From contig CAJNYD010000449.1 in the NCBI GenBank assembly GCA_905331295.1, forward strand, positions 248,001 through 312,000: a stretch of 64,000 nucleotides of DNA. Direction: 5' to 3'. Shown piece by piece: positions 39,655 through 53,042 of the stretch (the stretch's first letter is position 1; each line of letters begins with the position of its first letter). The position numbers were made by a program, and so were the translations under genes. The notes under the pieces are model-generated. The model searched no databases. It was not told the origin of the DNA and saw only the letters and a list, made by a program, of their open reading frames with translations. This DNA is from Rotaria socialis (Eukaryota).

Positions 39655-40020
39655 CAAGGAAAGGCGGATTTTGAAAATCCACAACGTGAATGTTGGAATT
39701 TCCATCTGAAATTTTTTCCATGTGTAAGTCTCGTAATCCTTAGAATATTCTAAAACTTTCAGCGCAAACGGATGTTTCTTTTTCAAGATAATGAATGCGC
39801 AAGAAATGCTCATTTCACGGTACGGTCAGAAAATTCAATATTTTTAAGAAGGAAACATTTGTTCGAGTTGAAACTTTTAGGATCTGCTATGGACCATGAA
39901 ACCTATATATGGGAAGAATTTCAGATCGACACTACTTCATTCACAGAGGGAAACATGCTTTTCAATTTATGGGATTTTTGGGATTTTCAAAATCCCGAAA
40001 ATTCGCCTGTTCTCCCTTGG
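39655..40020. mobile_element. MITE-like element with degenerate terminal inverted repeats
   Basis: Left end caaggaaaggcGGATTTTGAAAATCC; right end GGATTTTCAAAATCCcgaaaattcgcctgttctcccttg (15-bp exact inverted core, 39666-39680 / 39981-39995, plus caagg...aggcg). No coding capacity recognised. Confidence 0.45.
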
Positions 40021-40543
40021 TTTTTCTTTTATGCTTCTTCCATTAGTATATAATTCTTGGTAAAAATATGATTGACCACGTTTTTGTTTTTGTTTTTGTT
40101 TTCTATTTGAGTAGGAGTTATGATTTTTTTAATGTTTTTTCAAAAACGTTTTCTTTTCAAGTCAAACGAAGTGGCCGATATTGATCACTTCTTCTCTTTT
40201 TATCAAAATGTCAGATCATCTAACGCACGCAACACAAAGTCAAAACTTGAGAAGGTAAGGTATCGTAGAACAAAACGAAGGCCACACGTCATTCACGAGC
40301 TGGCAGTGCAAGTATAAGAAAGGAAAAACAACTCATTTCTTTTGACTGGCAATATTCTTTTATGCGTTTTTGTTTTTGTTTTTGTTTTCGTTTCTTTCAT
40401 TTTATGATAAAATGTTACTCTACCTTACGAAAAACGTGTATCTGAAGCATTTTTTTATATTTTAGCTTCTCTGCTATATTGCGTGTTGTTAACTAATTGG
40501 TTGCAAAGAATTTCACATTAGAAAAATATATACGCAAAGATTA

Positions 40544-41901
40544 ATGGCTGATCGACCTACAAAACACGGCTTTGCAAAAGAAGCATTTGAAAAAGTAGGT
40601 AAACAAGAATATATAGAAATATTTCAGGGATTAAAAATAACGTACTAGATTTTTATGACGAAAAATTCAAAATGGCGTCGTGTGTATAATTTCATTTGTA
40701 TCATAGTTTGTTTAACGAACAAAAATAGATAGCTGCATTTAGTTTCGTTTGATTATCATGCACACTGTAAAAATGCATGATCAGTCGGAATTCAATTTTC
40801 TCTTCGCCTCTTATACGATAATTTACAAAAGTATTTTTTTTTAAAGATAACTACTGTTAGCTTTATTCTCTCGATTTGCATGCGCACATAGTAACATGCC
40901 TACATATATCATACGTTCTCTCTCTCTCTCTCTCGCTGGTTGTCTTCCTCCATATATATTTGTAAATATAATCGATTTAAGAAAGTGAAAATTAAACACA
41001 AGAAGATAAAAAAAGAAAGATTTCGATATAACATTCATCGACTGAACTTTCTCACATTTTCAAAAGATAAGAATCCGAAAAAAATAATGAATACTGTAAT
41101 GCGTGCACCGAAATCTGGCTTTGCTCATGACGTATGGGAGAAGGTGGACAAATAAAAAATATTAATTTTATTCAATGATAGTAATTTTCTATTTAAATTT
41201 TATTTTCATCGATAGATTCAATCGAAGTATAACGTTACACAGGCTCATGAAGCTTTGGAATGGATTAGTGAAATGATTAGTGAACAATTTGATACTAGCG
41301 GTGATATGGATAATGTTTATAGTCAATTAAAAGATGGTCGTAAACTTTGCCAGTATGCATTTATATCGTTCACTGTATTTTCTTTCTGTTTTTATGTTTC
41401 TCTTAGACTAATGAATTCAATAGTACCAGATTCGATTCGAAAAATTAATAGTGGTATTTATTTACGACCAATATTTATGCTTTAGTTGTTAAAAATAAAA
41501 TTTATTTTAGGTGAAAATAGCTTTAAACTAATGGAAAATATAGCACGTTTTGCTGAAGCAGCTAAAACTTATGGACTATCTGATACCGAAACATTTCAAA
41601 CAGTTGATTTATATGAAAAAATGAATCTTCATCAAGTTATTGTTTGTCTTTTTGCACTAGGTCGAAAAGTAAATTATTGCGTATATACTTCTTTTGAAAC
41701 AAAAGAAACGTAACTTTAATGTTTAATTAGGCTCAAAAACAAGGAATACGGGGTTTAGGTCCTAAAGAAAGTGATAAAAATGAACGAACTTTTTCAGCAG
41801 AAACATTAAAACAAGGTAACATGGTAATCAGTACTCAATATGGATATAACAAAGGAGCAACACAATCAGGCATCGTTTTCGGCAATACACGCCATATGTA
41901 A
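40544..41901 (+). CDS. Calponin/transgelin family (muscle protein 20 / myophilin-like), CH domain plus one calponin repeat, two alternative first exons
   Basis: First exon 40544-40594 or 41087-41143, then 41216-41352, 41407-41453, 41511-41668, 41731-41901. LKDGRKLC, MENIARF, FQTVDLYE, and C-terminal repeat QYGYNKGATQSGIVFGNTRHM*. Confidence 0.9.
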
Positions 41902-44900
41902 TGTTTTCGTTTTAGTTTGCAGTCGTTTCTTTTTATCTCTTGATTATCCATCTATTACTGTATCCAGCTCTATTCTTTTTACATTATTCATGATTATATA
42001 TACTGAAAGAAAATTACTTTATGCTTTTTAAAATAAAACTACGTTAATGCATAACTAAATGCTGCAATTCAATATAAAATAAGTAAACAGATATGAGTGT
42101 ACTTAAATCAATGATTAATAAAATAGAGATAAACAATTTATATTGGTGTATATAAAGAAAAAAGAAAGTAAACAGAAAAAAGAGAGCAACTCACAATAAA
42201 AGTTAGAATTATCTATGGTCTATTTTTACCAATCTGATTAGTAGAACTTGTTTCTTAATGGGAATTAAAAATTTGGACTATCATACATATATATTTAATA
42301 TAATAAAATAACCCAAGCTGACTCACTTGAAATGAAAGTTATTTGTTTTTCATAATATTGATGATGTGTCAAAGGTGGCGACTTCCAATGTGAATGGTAA
42401 AAAAATGTAAATTGCGTTCGAAAACCTTCACAGTAACGATGAAAATTATTGAAAAGAAATATTATTTGCACGCATGAGGAATATGCCCCATTTTAAATTA
42501 TAGTTTAAGTGATACAGTTATTAGTAGAAACTAACGTTAATTTCCAATTAATTTCATAAACGTTAGCATGCTAAAAAATTTCATGCGTATGTTAAATGAA
42601 ATAAAAAGGTAATTTATGATGTAAATATTTCATTCGATGTCTATCTGATGGGTTGACCCTAAAAGTCCGCTCTTTTAGTGCTTTTTTAATTTCTCATCTA
42701 TTTTTTTGCTAGTTATAAACAATTTTGTTTTTTAAATGAAAAAAAACACTTGAAATGCTTCGCTAAACCAAAGTTTTAATACGATCCAAAATTTATTATA
42801 AATACTTTTACGGAAAAAACGACGAAAAAGTGACGACATAAAAACAAACTCTAGGAAGTAAACAAGATAATGATGATGGACACGCAAAAATTTACTCTGG
42901 CCTCAAATCGTGATATTAATTTATGAATCGAAATTATCGAAAGTACGGGTACTCGTAGTTTATTTTACCTGTCGGGTCTTCCAAGTACAACGCCAACAAA
43001 AACTGAATGTCTAAAACAAAAACGGGTATCTATCTGTTGGATAAAAAAAAAGAGTATCAACAAGAAAATGATTGTTGTTCTGCAAAAATCTGTATAAAGA
43101 AGATCTTGCCTGTTTAAAATAAGAGAAGGATTATTCATAATTGGTTTGAATAAAGAGTAGCAAGCTACTTTTAGAAACATATCGGCTGAATAAAATGTTT
43201 TTAGTGCTCGAACATTTTACCTCGACAATCATTGTTTACAGACTATTCATGTGTATTAACATCGAAGGACCATTTGTCTCGGAATCTGTATAATTTTAAT
43301 TTGTTAAATTGTAGTTTATAGAGTAAATTTACTGAAAATAAAAATTAGAATCACATTACAACAAAATCAACATTGCTAGATTAAATAAAGCATATTACTA
43401 GACAATTTGCAAAAGAAAAATTTCAGATTATCTGTTTGACTTAATCTTACGATTAGATTTCATCCAAAATTATGAAAACAACTATATTCATCAAATAAAA
43501 TATAATAACTTGTGCAGAATTTTCAAGTGTTACATTTTGATATAAAAAGGTGTTTTAATCAAGCGAAAGATGTGATCGAAATTTGTACAACATTCGAAAT
43601 GTAATTATTTACGCACCATGGTTGATACTCACGCTTCTATGCTGGATACAATTTTGTTTCGCTAACATAAATTATATTTAGTATTATCAATAATAAGATC
43701 TAATATTCGCAACGAAACAGATTGACAGTGTCAAAACTGTGACAAGTAGCAGTGCGACAAAAATTCTTTAAATATTAGAAAATAAAAATTCTCCCATCAT
43801 ACAATAAATATTAAGATATATCGAATAACATGACATTAATGTGCATTTGCTAAAATTACGCTGTAAAAAGTTACGACGCATAGAATATATTTCATGAAGA
43901 ATATTCATAGTATGATTCTTCACGATTGGTCTCAATCGATGATATCATCCGTAACCTCGATATTATGTATACAACAAGGATAGTCGATGCACAATCTCTA
44001 TTTTCCTTGATTTCAATGTTCTTACTTCTAAGTTGATCGAAGAAATTTATTTAACTTTATTTTTCTTATCGATAATGGAAAAAAATTAATTTCGATGAAT
44101 ATTTTTTATGTCATACAATTACAATATCAGAAATTATCAAGAAAATATGAAAACAAACTTGATATATGACACTATATTTATATACATCCAATCGATGTTT
44201 AAAGATAACTGTGTTGTTTATAAATCGAAACTTCACCTATATCTAAATGAGTAGTATGGAGTAATTTAGTATTTGCAAATAAATTAGTGTTTTAATTAAG
44301 CATTTTATTTACGGAAAAGAAAATTATTATGAAAAACACGCGCGTCTTCCTAGAAATTTCGTCTATATCTGTACGTAGGCAATATCATTCGTGAAATTTA
44401 TTTTAAGTCTCTAAGATAACAACTAATATTTATCTATAGAATATGTTTCGAATCTATCCTTTTTACTTACATTATTTCTAATATAAAACATAAGAAAGTT
44501 CAGTGTATTTGAAGGAAATGAATCGGAAATAACACAATTGTGAAGATAATGACTTTTAATATTTTCTATCAAGTCCTACAGTCAATCTAAAGAGTTCTTT
44601 TCAGGAAATTCTCCTTGAAAGTATCGTTTTCAATAACAACAAAAACTATATTTTTTCTGTTGTTTCCTTAATCTATCGAAATTTCTTCTGTAATTATTTT
44701 TTCTGAAAATAAGCCATGATGAAATAAGGTTTCTGCTCATATTTGTTCATCGTTTCTATCATTGATTCGTGTTTATTCTCTGATATGCTGGATTGAAAAT
44801 CAAAAAAACAAAAATACGTTGTATAAAGGCGATCAATTTTTGTTGAAATACATTCGATCATTGTGTTGAAATACATTCAAACAAAGAAATAACAAGATCG

Positions 44901-44965
44901 AATGATGTGAGTATAACAAGAAAAAAAATTTAACATAGAAAATCTTTTTCCAGCATAAATGAAAA

Positions 44966-47900
44966 CTATTTTTTTGATGGAGCAAAGTCTGCTTGCATTT
45001 TTTGTCGTAAATATTCTTTATAACTAAGAATATCACCGGGCCATTCTTTTACTGTTTGATTTTCACAAACCCAAATTTTATCAGCCACCTAAAAGGTAGA
45101 AAGTTGTTCATCAAGATTCATTGAAAATTATTTTTTTTTGCTGTCTAATCTATTTACTTGTCTGATTAAACGAAAGTCATGACTAACCAGTACCATTCCA
45201 CCAGAAAAATTTTTAACAGCATCTGCTAATGCATCGATTGTTTCAATATCTAAAAGAGAAAATTTAAAAAAAATTATACTCCATAATCTATTGATTTTGT
45301 ATTTTATTTTTGTTTATACCAAGATGATTTGTCGGTTCATCAAGTAATAATAAATGTGGACATTGCCATGCTAACCAAGCTAAACATACTCGACATCGTT
45401 GCCCATCAGATAAATTTCTCATGGGACATATTTGTTGTCGACCTGTTAAGCCAAATCGACCAATGATCCTTCTCATTTCTTCTTTTTCAGTTACATCTGT
45501 AAAGCATTTCATCATATAATCAAGCGCTGATAAGTTTAGATCTAATTGTTCAGTTAAATGTTGATGATAACGGCCCATACGTAAATGTGCATTACGACGA
45601 ATTTGTCCTTTGGTTGGTAATAATTGATTGCCAATTAATTTGAGTAAGGTCGACTTTCCAGCGCCGTTTGGACCAACCAATGCAACACGCGTATCAAGAT
45701 CAATACCAAAATCAAGATTCGTATATATCCAATCCTTTAATGAAAATATTTATCAAGAAAAAACAAATGTTAAAAAAATAATCAATTATATGTTACTGTA
45801 TTATCCGAATAACGAAAACCAACACCTTGAACCATTAAACAAGGCGGTGGAATTTTTCCCGGATCAGGAAACGATAATGATAAAGTCTATTATAATATAA
45901 TGATAGAGATATTTGGGAAAAAAACAAAAATCTAATTTTACTTTTTCTTGAACGACTTTTTCAGTTAATCCACTTTCCATCATTTTAGCTAATGTTTTTT
46001 CTCTACTTTGAGCTTGTGATGCTCTACTACCACTACCAAAACGTGCAATAAAACCTTTTGTTTTTGCTACTTGTTCTTGTTCCCATTGATATTTTTTCAT
46101 TTGATTTGTTTCTAATTCTTGTCGTGTTTGAACATAAGCATCATAATTACCCTTAAAATATATTCTTTTAGTTCAGTTCAATAGTAGAATTTTTAAAATT
46201 TTACTTACACCATAGATAAAAAGTTTATTTTTTGTTAAATGCACAATATTGGTACAAACACCATTAAGAAAATCTTGTGAATGAGAGACCATAATAAGAA
46301 TACGTTTATAATTACGAAGCTCTTCTTCAAGCCATACGCACGCATCAAGATCCAAATGATTAGTTGGTTCATCTAAATAATTTAATTTGTATTTTCAAAG
46401 GAAAGAAAAAAAGAAAAATTCTATACCAAGTAATAATAAATGTGGACTAACAAAAAGTGCTCGTGCAAGAGCAACACGCATTCGCCATCCACCAGAAAAA
46501 TCTTTGCATTGCTTGTTTTGCATTTTTTTGGTAAAACCTAAGCCGTGTAAAATTCGACCAGCTCGAGCTTCAGCCTATGAAATAATTAGCAATGATATGG
46601 AATAATAATAATAATAATTTATATTTACTTTATCCGCATCAAGATCATCCAAACGTTCATAGATTTCAAGTAAGAGTTCTTGAGCTTCTAAAAAGAGAAA
46701 GTAAACAATGAAACGATTCGTAGATATGAATGTCTAAAAGTCATGTGATTGTTTATTATTAAATTTTAATGTTTTCTAAAGCTGGTATATAGTAATCTAT
46801 TTTTCTTTGCAATCATATTCTTTCTCTCAGGCATTGCCTAGATCAATAATCTCAATCGATCAAATATTAATAACTAATAAAGAGGAATAATATTACAAAT
46901 GCGCAGTTAAATCAGAAATATGTAAAAAATAACATACATCTGGAATTCATAATTCTCATGTTTATTTAAATGATAATATCTCAATGACATAGAATGTTGA
47001 TACAATCAAACTTATGTTTCTATTATTTAAATATAAAGTTCTGTTATCTATGAAATAATGTTTATACAATCGATTGCAATCTGTATGAATTTGTTCCTTT
47101 GTTGATTTGTTGTTAAGATGTTTCGTTTCTAGTCGACATTGCTTAGGGACAATATCTTTCAACAATAAGCATTTGATAAATAATAGAAAGCTAACGAAAT
47201 AAGCCTTCTTATAAAAAAATATTCTTCAGTCATCTCTGTTGATGAATAAATATGACATGATCTACATTCATCACGTGTCCGCTGGTGCTTAACATTTGAT
47301 AAAAGACAGAACATGACGTTAATGTCAACACTCTATACAATGCCATTGATTAGTTCTGTAGAAAGCTTTCCTATCGAAGCATTTCAAGCATAAAATTTCT
47401 TTTCATTGAACTGATCTATTTATTTTCTTTCTTGTTTATTAAGAAATTGAGACAGTACATCAAGGTCAGTATAATTGAGATTTTTATCTCATGTTATATT
47501 ACGATGGATATAAGTATGTGCGCACACCCTTTTAATCAAGACTTTTTATGAAAATAATTGTGTATACAAAGAATCTTGTGTTGACATTCATCCGGTTTTC
47601 CTTTTCTTTTTTTTATAGTATAATAATAAATAAAAGCAATTAAATTTACTCGTTTTTTTTCTCGACATGTAAACATATCCTGTCACTTCCTTCATTAATT
47701 TCTTTTCCGTTCGAATTGAGTTTATTTTTTTCAAATAAAAATAGGATATGTAACAAAAAATAAAAATAAACGAAGACCGAAGCTTCTGTAGCACTTGACT
47801 CAATGTTGATGTGACGACAATCACAAAAATAACTTGTCACTGTTCTTAATCGTATAATGTCTCGATTATTATGATAAGGATAGAGAGGAGACAAATGGTT

Positions 47901-50900
47901 TTTACTCAATAGTTTATTTCTAGTTTTGCCTATTGACAACTCAAGTATTACGAAATAAACAAATCCTTAGTTAGTTAGTTAGTTAGCTAGCTAGTTTCTC
48001 TATTCGATGTAGCTCAAGAGAATAAATGATCGATTGTGCCTTCAGTTCAAGCATATGTTCACAATCAAATTAACCGAAGGCAAACGGCTTATCTCTCGTG
48101 GTAAACATTTTCTATTCCGTTAAACAAGTTATGTTTTATTGATAGCATCAACGACAACCACAACAAAAAGCATGACATTCATTTGTAGTCGTTTTTCATT
48201 AGTGTAAAAAACATATAACAATAAAAGATGATGGAAAGAAGAAAAAAAAGAGTTTACGTTTAACTCAAGGAATAGCGTTTAAACAGGACTGACACAGAAA
48301 AAAACTATTAGATGTAACATGCACGCAGTCTTAGTTGCAGGGAATATTAGCCTACAACTCATCATTTTCTCACATTGCCTGTCTTTTTTCTTCTTTTTTT
48401 TTCTCCTATTTTCGCCTTTCTTGTTGCTACAGAAAACAGCGAAGAAGAAAAAGAAGAAAAACAGATCCTGATAGACATGCCCGACTCATCAATGAAAACA
48501 ATAAGTCATGAATATTCTTATCTCGTTTCTGAGCTAATAACTTTGAAGTAATAATACCACACTTGTTCTTACTGCAGATACAAATAGTATGTTTTCTTTT
48601 CGTGGTTCCTTTTTTTTTCTTTCTTTATGTGTAATCTCACTATGGAATTAAAAAACACGCATGCCTACACAAGGTTTTCTTTCAATTATCAAATCTTAAA
48701 GTTAGTCTTAAGGATTGTATTGCTTTTTCTTCCGCATATGATGAGATGAGTATTGTGGATTTGCGAGACGTGACATCAACTTGTTAACGAACATTTAGGT
48801 CTGCGTATAAGTCTGCACATGGGAGCTAAAACTGAGGCAAGAAGGACACCAGAATGCTAGTGATGAGAAACAACATCGGCAATACTTTTGTTATTGGAAA
48901 AAAAGAAGAACACTCGCTTTGCAGCAGAAGAATTTATCATCAGAATGGCACATAGATCGATCGATCGATCGAGAGATAAATAGATAGATAGATAGATACA
49001 TATATACATATGTGTGTGTATGTATACATATATAGACACAGTTCAAACGAAGCAGCAGGAAAATATCAACAATCATAGTTGTATGTGTAAAATAATTGGA
49101 ACACTTGACAATGTGTGGTGCGTCGATGCAGACAGATTCTCATTTCTTTTTCTCCTTTATACGGCTAAGATATTGTTCTTTTCCCTCATTTTTTTCTTCT
49201 TTCTAGGTCATTCATTGCTCATTCGCTTTTTCCCCTTTTTCCCTTTTGCTTTCCGATCAAAATTCTAATCTTGTCTTCTAGCTAGTTTCTTTCTTTCTTT
49301 CTTTCTTATCTCATCGTTGTTACATATAGCAAACGGAACGGAACCGACGCACGTCTTTTTATGCGTACAAAATCGAATTATTAACTTTTCTCTATATGAA
49401 GTCACTTAATACTTAACATAGATCTTTTTTTCTCTCTCTCTCTCCTTTTCCTTTTATAATCAATCCTATGAATCTATCTGTTTCCTGTTTTTATTTTTCT
49501 CATTCAAGGTAGGAACAAGTAGGAAATCTATAAATAAGTAAATGGCTAAAATTTTCTGCAGGAAGAATATTTTTAATGTGTCTATCTTCTGTATAGAAGA
49601 TTAAGACTATTTTAGCTTCGTTCATATATATATATATTTTTTAATTAATATTTATCTATTTTTTCTAGATAAGACGTATTTCAAATAAGTTATAAGAAAA
49701 AATAAAACTGTTTTTCAACGAGAAAATATTCATGCTCTATGGCAACGCCCACGTTTAACCGTGCTTTTCAAGCTTATAATAATCATAGTTTTAAAAATCG
49801 TCCAGTTGTAAAAAAGACGCCAGTATCAACAATGGGAGAACCATCAGCATTTGGTCATATTCCATATTCAAGTATAAAAACAAGTACTGAAAAAGTACCA
49901 TCACTACCACCATCTCCTAATTCAACTGGTTCCGTAAAACGAACATCGGGACTACAAGCTAAACGTGCATCAATAGTTAGCATGGCTAATTTACTACCAC
50001 ATCGAAAGAGTTTACAAATGACAGCTTTAGCAACACAAAGACAAAGTCTTTGGATTAATCTCGCTAAAAATGCTCAAACAAATAGTTCTCAAGTATCGCC
50101 ATTTCCATTAAGACAACAACAAACAAATTTATTGCGAAAAAAGCTTCTACGTCTATTACTTGTTTTTAGTTATTTATTGTCAATATCATTGTTTGCTATT
50201 GCTTTAGCAACATTTTATGGTTTTTTCTGGACTGGTTATAGCAAAATACCACCAACAACTTTGTCTGCATTAACTGTTGGAACAACTATTACATCAATTG
50301 ATTCGTTAAAATCAAATTCAACGTTGATCGATATTAGTATATCACTGGGAGATGCAAGTTAATATAAATCTAGTAAATATTAACTCTCATTCTATTTTCT
50401 TATAGGACTTAGTATTTAAAACTTAATGCGATCAATATAATGCATCATTTGATGCAATACATCAATACTGATCCATCGTCCGTCCTATAATGAGCTACTC
50501 ATGATATCGTCATTGCCTAATATTTTTTCTTTTGGTGAGAGCAGACAAAGAATTTAGAAAACAAAAAAATGAAGAACCTTATTTTTTCTGATTCTGATGT
50601 TTTAGATGGTGTTTTTCTTTACATGTAGACAAATATAATCCAGTAATGAGAATTAAACAGTTTACTCCGGTGATAACAATGAATTTGTTTCTATTTTTTC
50701 TTCCCAATTATGTTTTGTTACTTTCGAGTTCTGTTTTTTTTCCGTCTATAAATGTATACGTGTATTTTTGTTAATTGTTCATTTTCAGAAAAAGAAAACT
50801 AATTCGACTAAAAACTTCTTTTTTTCTTGCATACAACTTACCATGATCATCACTTAGAGTCGCTAAATGTTCAGCTTCAGCTTCGAGTTTAATTCGTTCA

Positions 50901-51885
50901 TGATCAACTTCCATAACGCACTCCAATGCCGTTTTATTTACTGGTGCCATTTCACGTGATAAATAGAAGATATCGATATGTTCTGGGACTGGTACCTAAA
51001 TTTAAAGAATCGAACATATTTCAATATTGAATTAAAGGTGTATTTTCGATAGAACTTCTTCTATTTAAGAAAATTGAAATAATAATTAACTTCTCAAAAG
51101 ATTTTGAATGAAAAACAGAACGATTCTGTGCTTTAGTGAAGATTTTTTTATAACTAATAATTATAAGTCGGCTTATATTTTTTCTTCTAGTTCAGTATAA
51201 GATAAATGTTAAAATGTTTTTTGTTTTCTTTCATCATTATGAAAGTTATACGAGATAATTTATCGCAGAGATTGTTTCATTCATTATTTCCAATCAATTT
51301 CGTTTTACCTCTCGATTTCCAATAGCAGCAAGTATAGTTGATTTTCCTGATCCATTTAAACCTACAAGACCATATCTTCTACCACAATTCATTTCAAAGT
51401 CTGCATCAGATAATATTTCTTGTCCATGAAAAGTCACTGAAAACTGATGAATATGAATATCACGACCACGAGGATGACTTCCGAGAACACCTTTAGAATG
51501 AAGAAAAAAACGATTTGTATTGAAAACAAACAAACAGAATAATCACAAGCTTTTTTTTACCAGTGCATGATCTTGCTTCGGCGTTCGCTTTTTCAACCAT
51601 ATTTAATAAATCAAGATTTTGTATCAATGATTTAACATTTGGATCAGCATCGGTTGTTGCACCATTGGTCTCATTCTTTGCTCCATTTGATTGATTTGTA
51701 GGATTTTTATTTTCATTTTGTATTTCATCATCATCATCATTGTCTTCCAATAAATCTTCATCATTTGGATTGGTATCGGCATCATTGGCATTTGTTGTAC
51801 TGGCTTTTTTACCTGACGGTGCTTGACGTTGTTTAGCGGCAGCTTTCTTTTGAAGATCACGCTTCTTTTTTGCATCAGACGGCAT
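44966..51885 (-). CDS. ABCF2: ATP-binding cassette subfamily F member 2
   Basis: Starts [12 protein letters not shown]1 GLNGSGKST...FSGGWRMR...[15 protein letters not shown]2 GPNGAGKST...LSDGQRCRV...[11 protein letters not shown]; no TM domains; stop 44966-44968; 4.15-kb intron 46688-50841. Confidence 0.93.
49739..50362 (+). CDS. InaF-motif (TRP-channel-interacting helix) single-pass membrane protein, nested antisense in an ABCF2 intron
   Basis: 207-aa single-exon ORF containing [32 protein letters not shown], which fits the InaF motif pattern K..RL..V..Y..S.S..AI.L..YY...W. Probable 5'UTR intron 49509-49668. Confidence 0.72.
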   Translation: MATPTFNRAFQAYNNHSFKNRPVVKKTPVSTMGEPSAFGHIPYSSIKTSTEKVPSLPPSPNSTGSVKRTSGLQAKRASIVSMANLLPHRKSLQMTALATQRQSLWINLAKNAQTNSSQVSPFPLRQQQTNLLRKKLLRLLLVFSYLLSISLFAIALATFYGFFWTGYSKIPPTTLSALTVGTTITSIDSLKSNSTLIDISISLGDAS

Positions 51886-52004
51886 TTTTCTTTTTGACTA
51901 ATAAATAATCTAGAGAGAGAGAGAGAGAATAGTACCAGGAATAATTGCACCTAATATTTTATTTATCTGACAATAGAAGAGAAACAAAAATGTCTATCTG
52001 ACAA

Positions 52005-52616
52005 TTAAACAATATGTTCAGCAATTTTTCGTTGTATTAAATGTTCAGCATCTGATGTTAACACATAGTGTTCACTATTAAATGTTAATTGTATTATTGT
52101 ACCATCACTTGTTTCGTATGGACCATATTCTTGTATACATTTAATATGTGCAAACAATTTTTTTGGTGGAATCATAAATGATGTTAAATCAAGTGAATGA
52201 TTATTACCAATAGAACGCATATACGATGATAATGTTTGATTATAATTTGAAAAAAACTCTATCTCATCGATCGATAAATTATTTCTTATATATTCTGGTA
52301 GAACAGGTCCTAATGACCAACGAAATGACTTAATTTTATTCATTCGATGATATGCATATGCAAGTAAACAACGTTTTATGCGTTGTATAGCTGCATGACG
52401 AATGCTTATTGTTGGCATTAATGTTGGCGCAGAATTGGTACTACTATTATCTGCACCGACTTGTACAACTGTTTGAACATCTTCATAATTTTGACGAAAT
52501 AATTCATTGGCTTCTAATTGGCAATGACGAATAGTATCAGCATTGTAAGGAGGTAATATAGTATCTCGAGAACGATCAAGTTCTTTGATTAATTCATGTG
52601 CTTTAGAAGCGAGCAT
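52005..52616 (-). CDS. GINS1: DNA replication complex GINS protein PSF1 (intronless CDS)
   Basis: MLASKAHELIKEL, LPPYN, RHAAIQRIKRCLLAY, RW..GPVLP, LDLT...PPKKL, EHLI...EHI. Confidence 0.92.
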   Translation of the reverse strand: MLASKAHELIKELDRSRDTILPPYNADTIRHCQLEANELFRQNYEDVQTVVQVGADNSSTNSAPTLMPTISIRHAAIQRIKRCLLAYAYHRMNKIKSFRWSLGPVLPEYIRNNLSIDEIEFFSNYNQTLSSYMRSIGNNHSLDLTSFMIPPKKLFAHIKCIQEYGPYETSDGTIIQLTFNSEHYVLTSDAEHLIQRKIAEHIV

Positions 52617-52861
52617 CTAAAAAAAGGCAAATTTATTTAATAATGAACAAAGCAAACGAAACGAAAAGAACCGATTTTATTGCAAATCATTAACATCATA
52701 CAAACTATATCGACACTAGTGGTCATTGTTTGTCCTTTTTCTTATTGTTTTGCTCAAATCGTTTTTAAATTCAATAAGAATAAAACAAGGGAAATCAGTA
52801 GCCATTGGATGAAAAGAAACAAACAAAAAAAAAAAAAGAATCGATAATGTCGAAAATAATA

Positions 52862-52896
<35 letters not shown>

Positions 52897-53042
52897 GAAG
52901 AGCCCCGCGTCTTTTCTTTTTAGTGATACAATAAAATAAGCATTAAAGTAAAGAAGAAGAAAACGAAGACCAACAATAAATAGATCGCACATATACTAAT
53001 TTTTTCATGATAATAGAAAAAAAAAGAGCAATTGTTTTTCTT

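Noticed and set aside
42640..43260. Mariner-TIR-like start (gatgggttgaccctaaaagtcc) in intergenic DNA
   Set aside because: No matching inverted end or transposase remnant found by eye.
45395..45415. Non-canonical ABC signature LSDGQ in ABCF2 NBD2
   Set aside because: This is the normal signature of ABCF2 orthologs.
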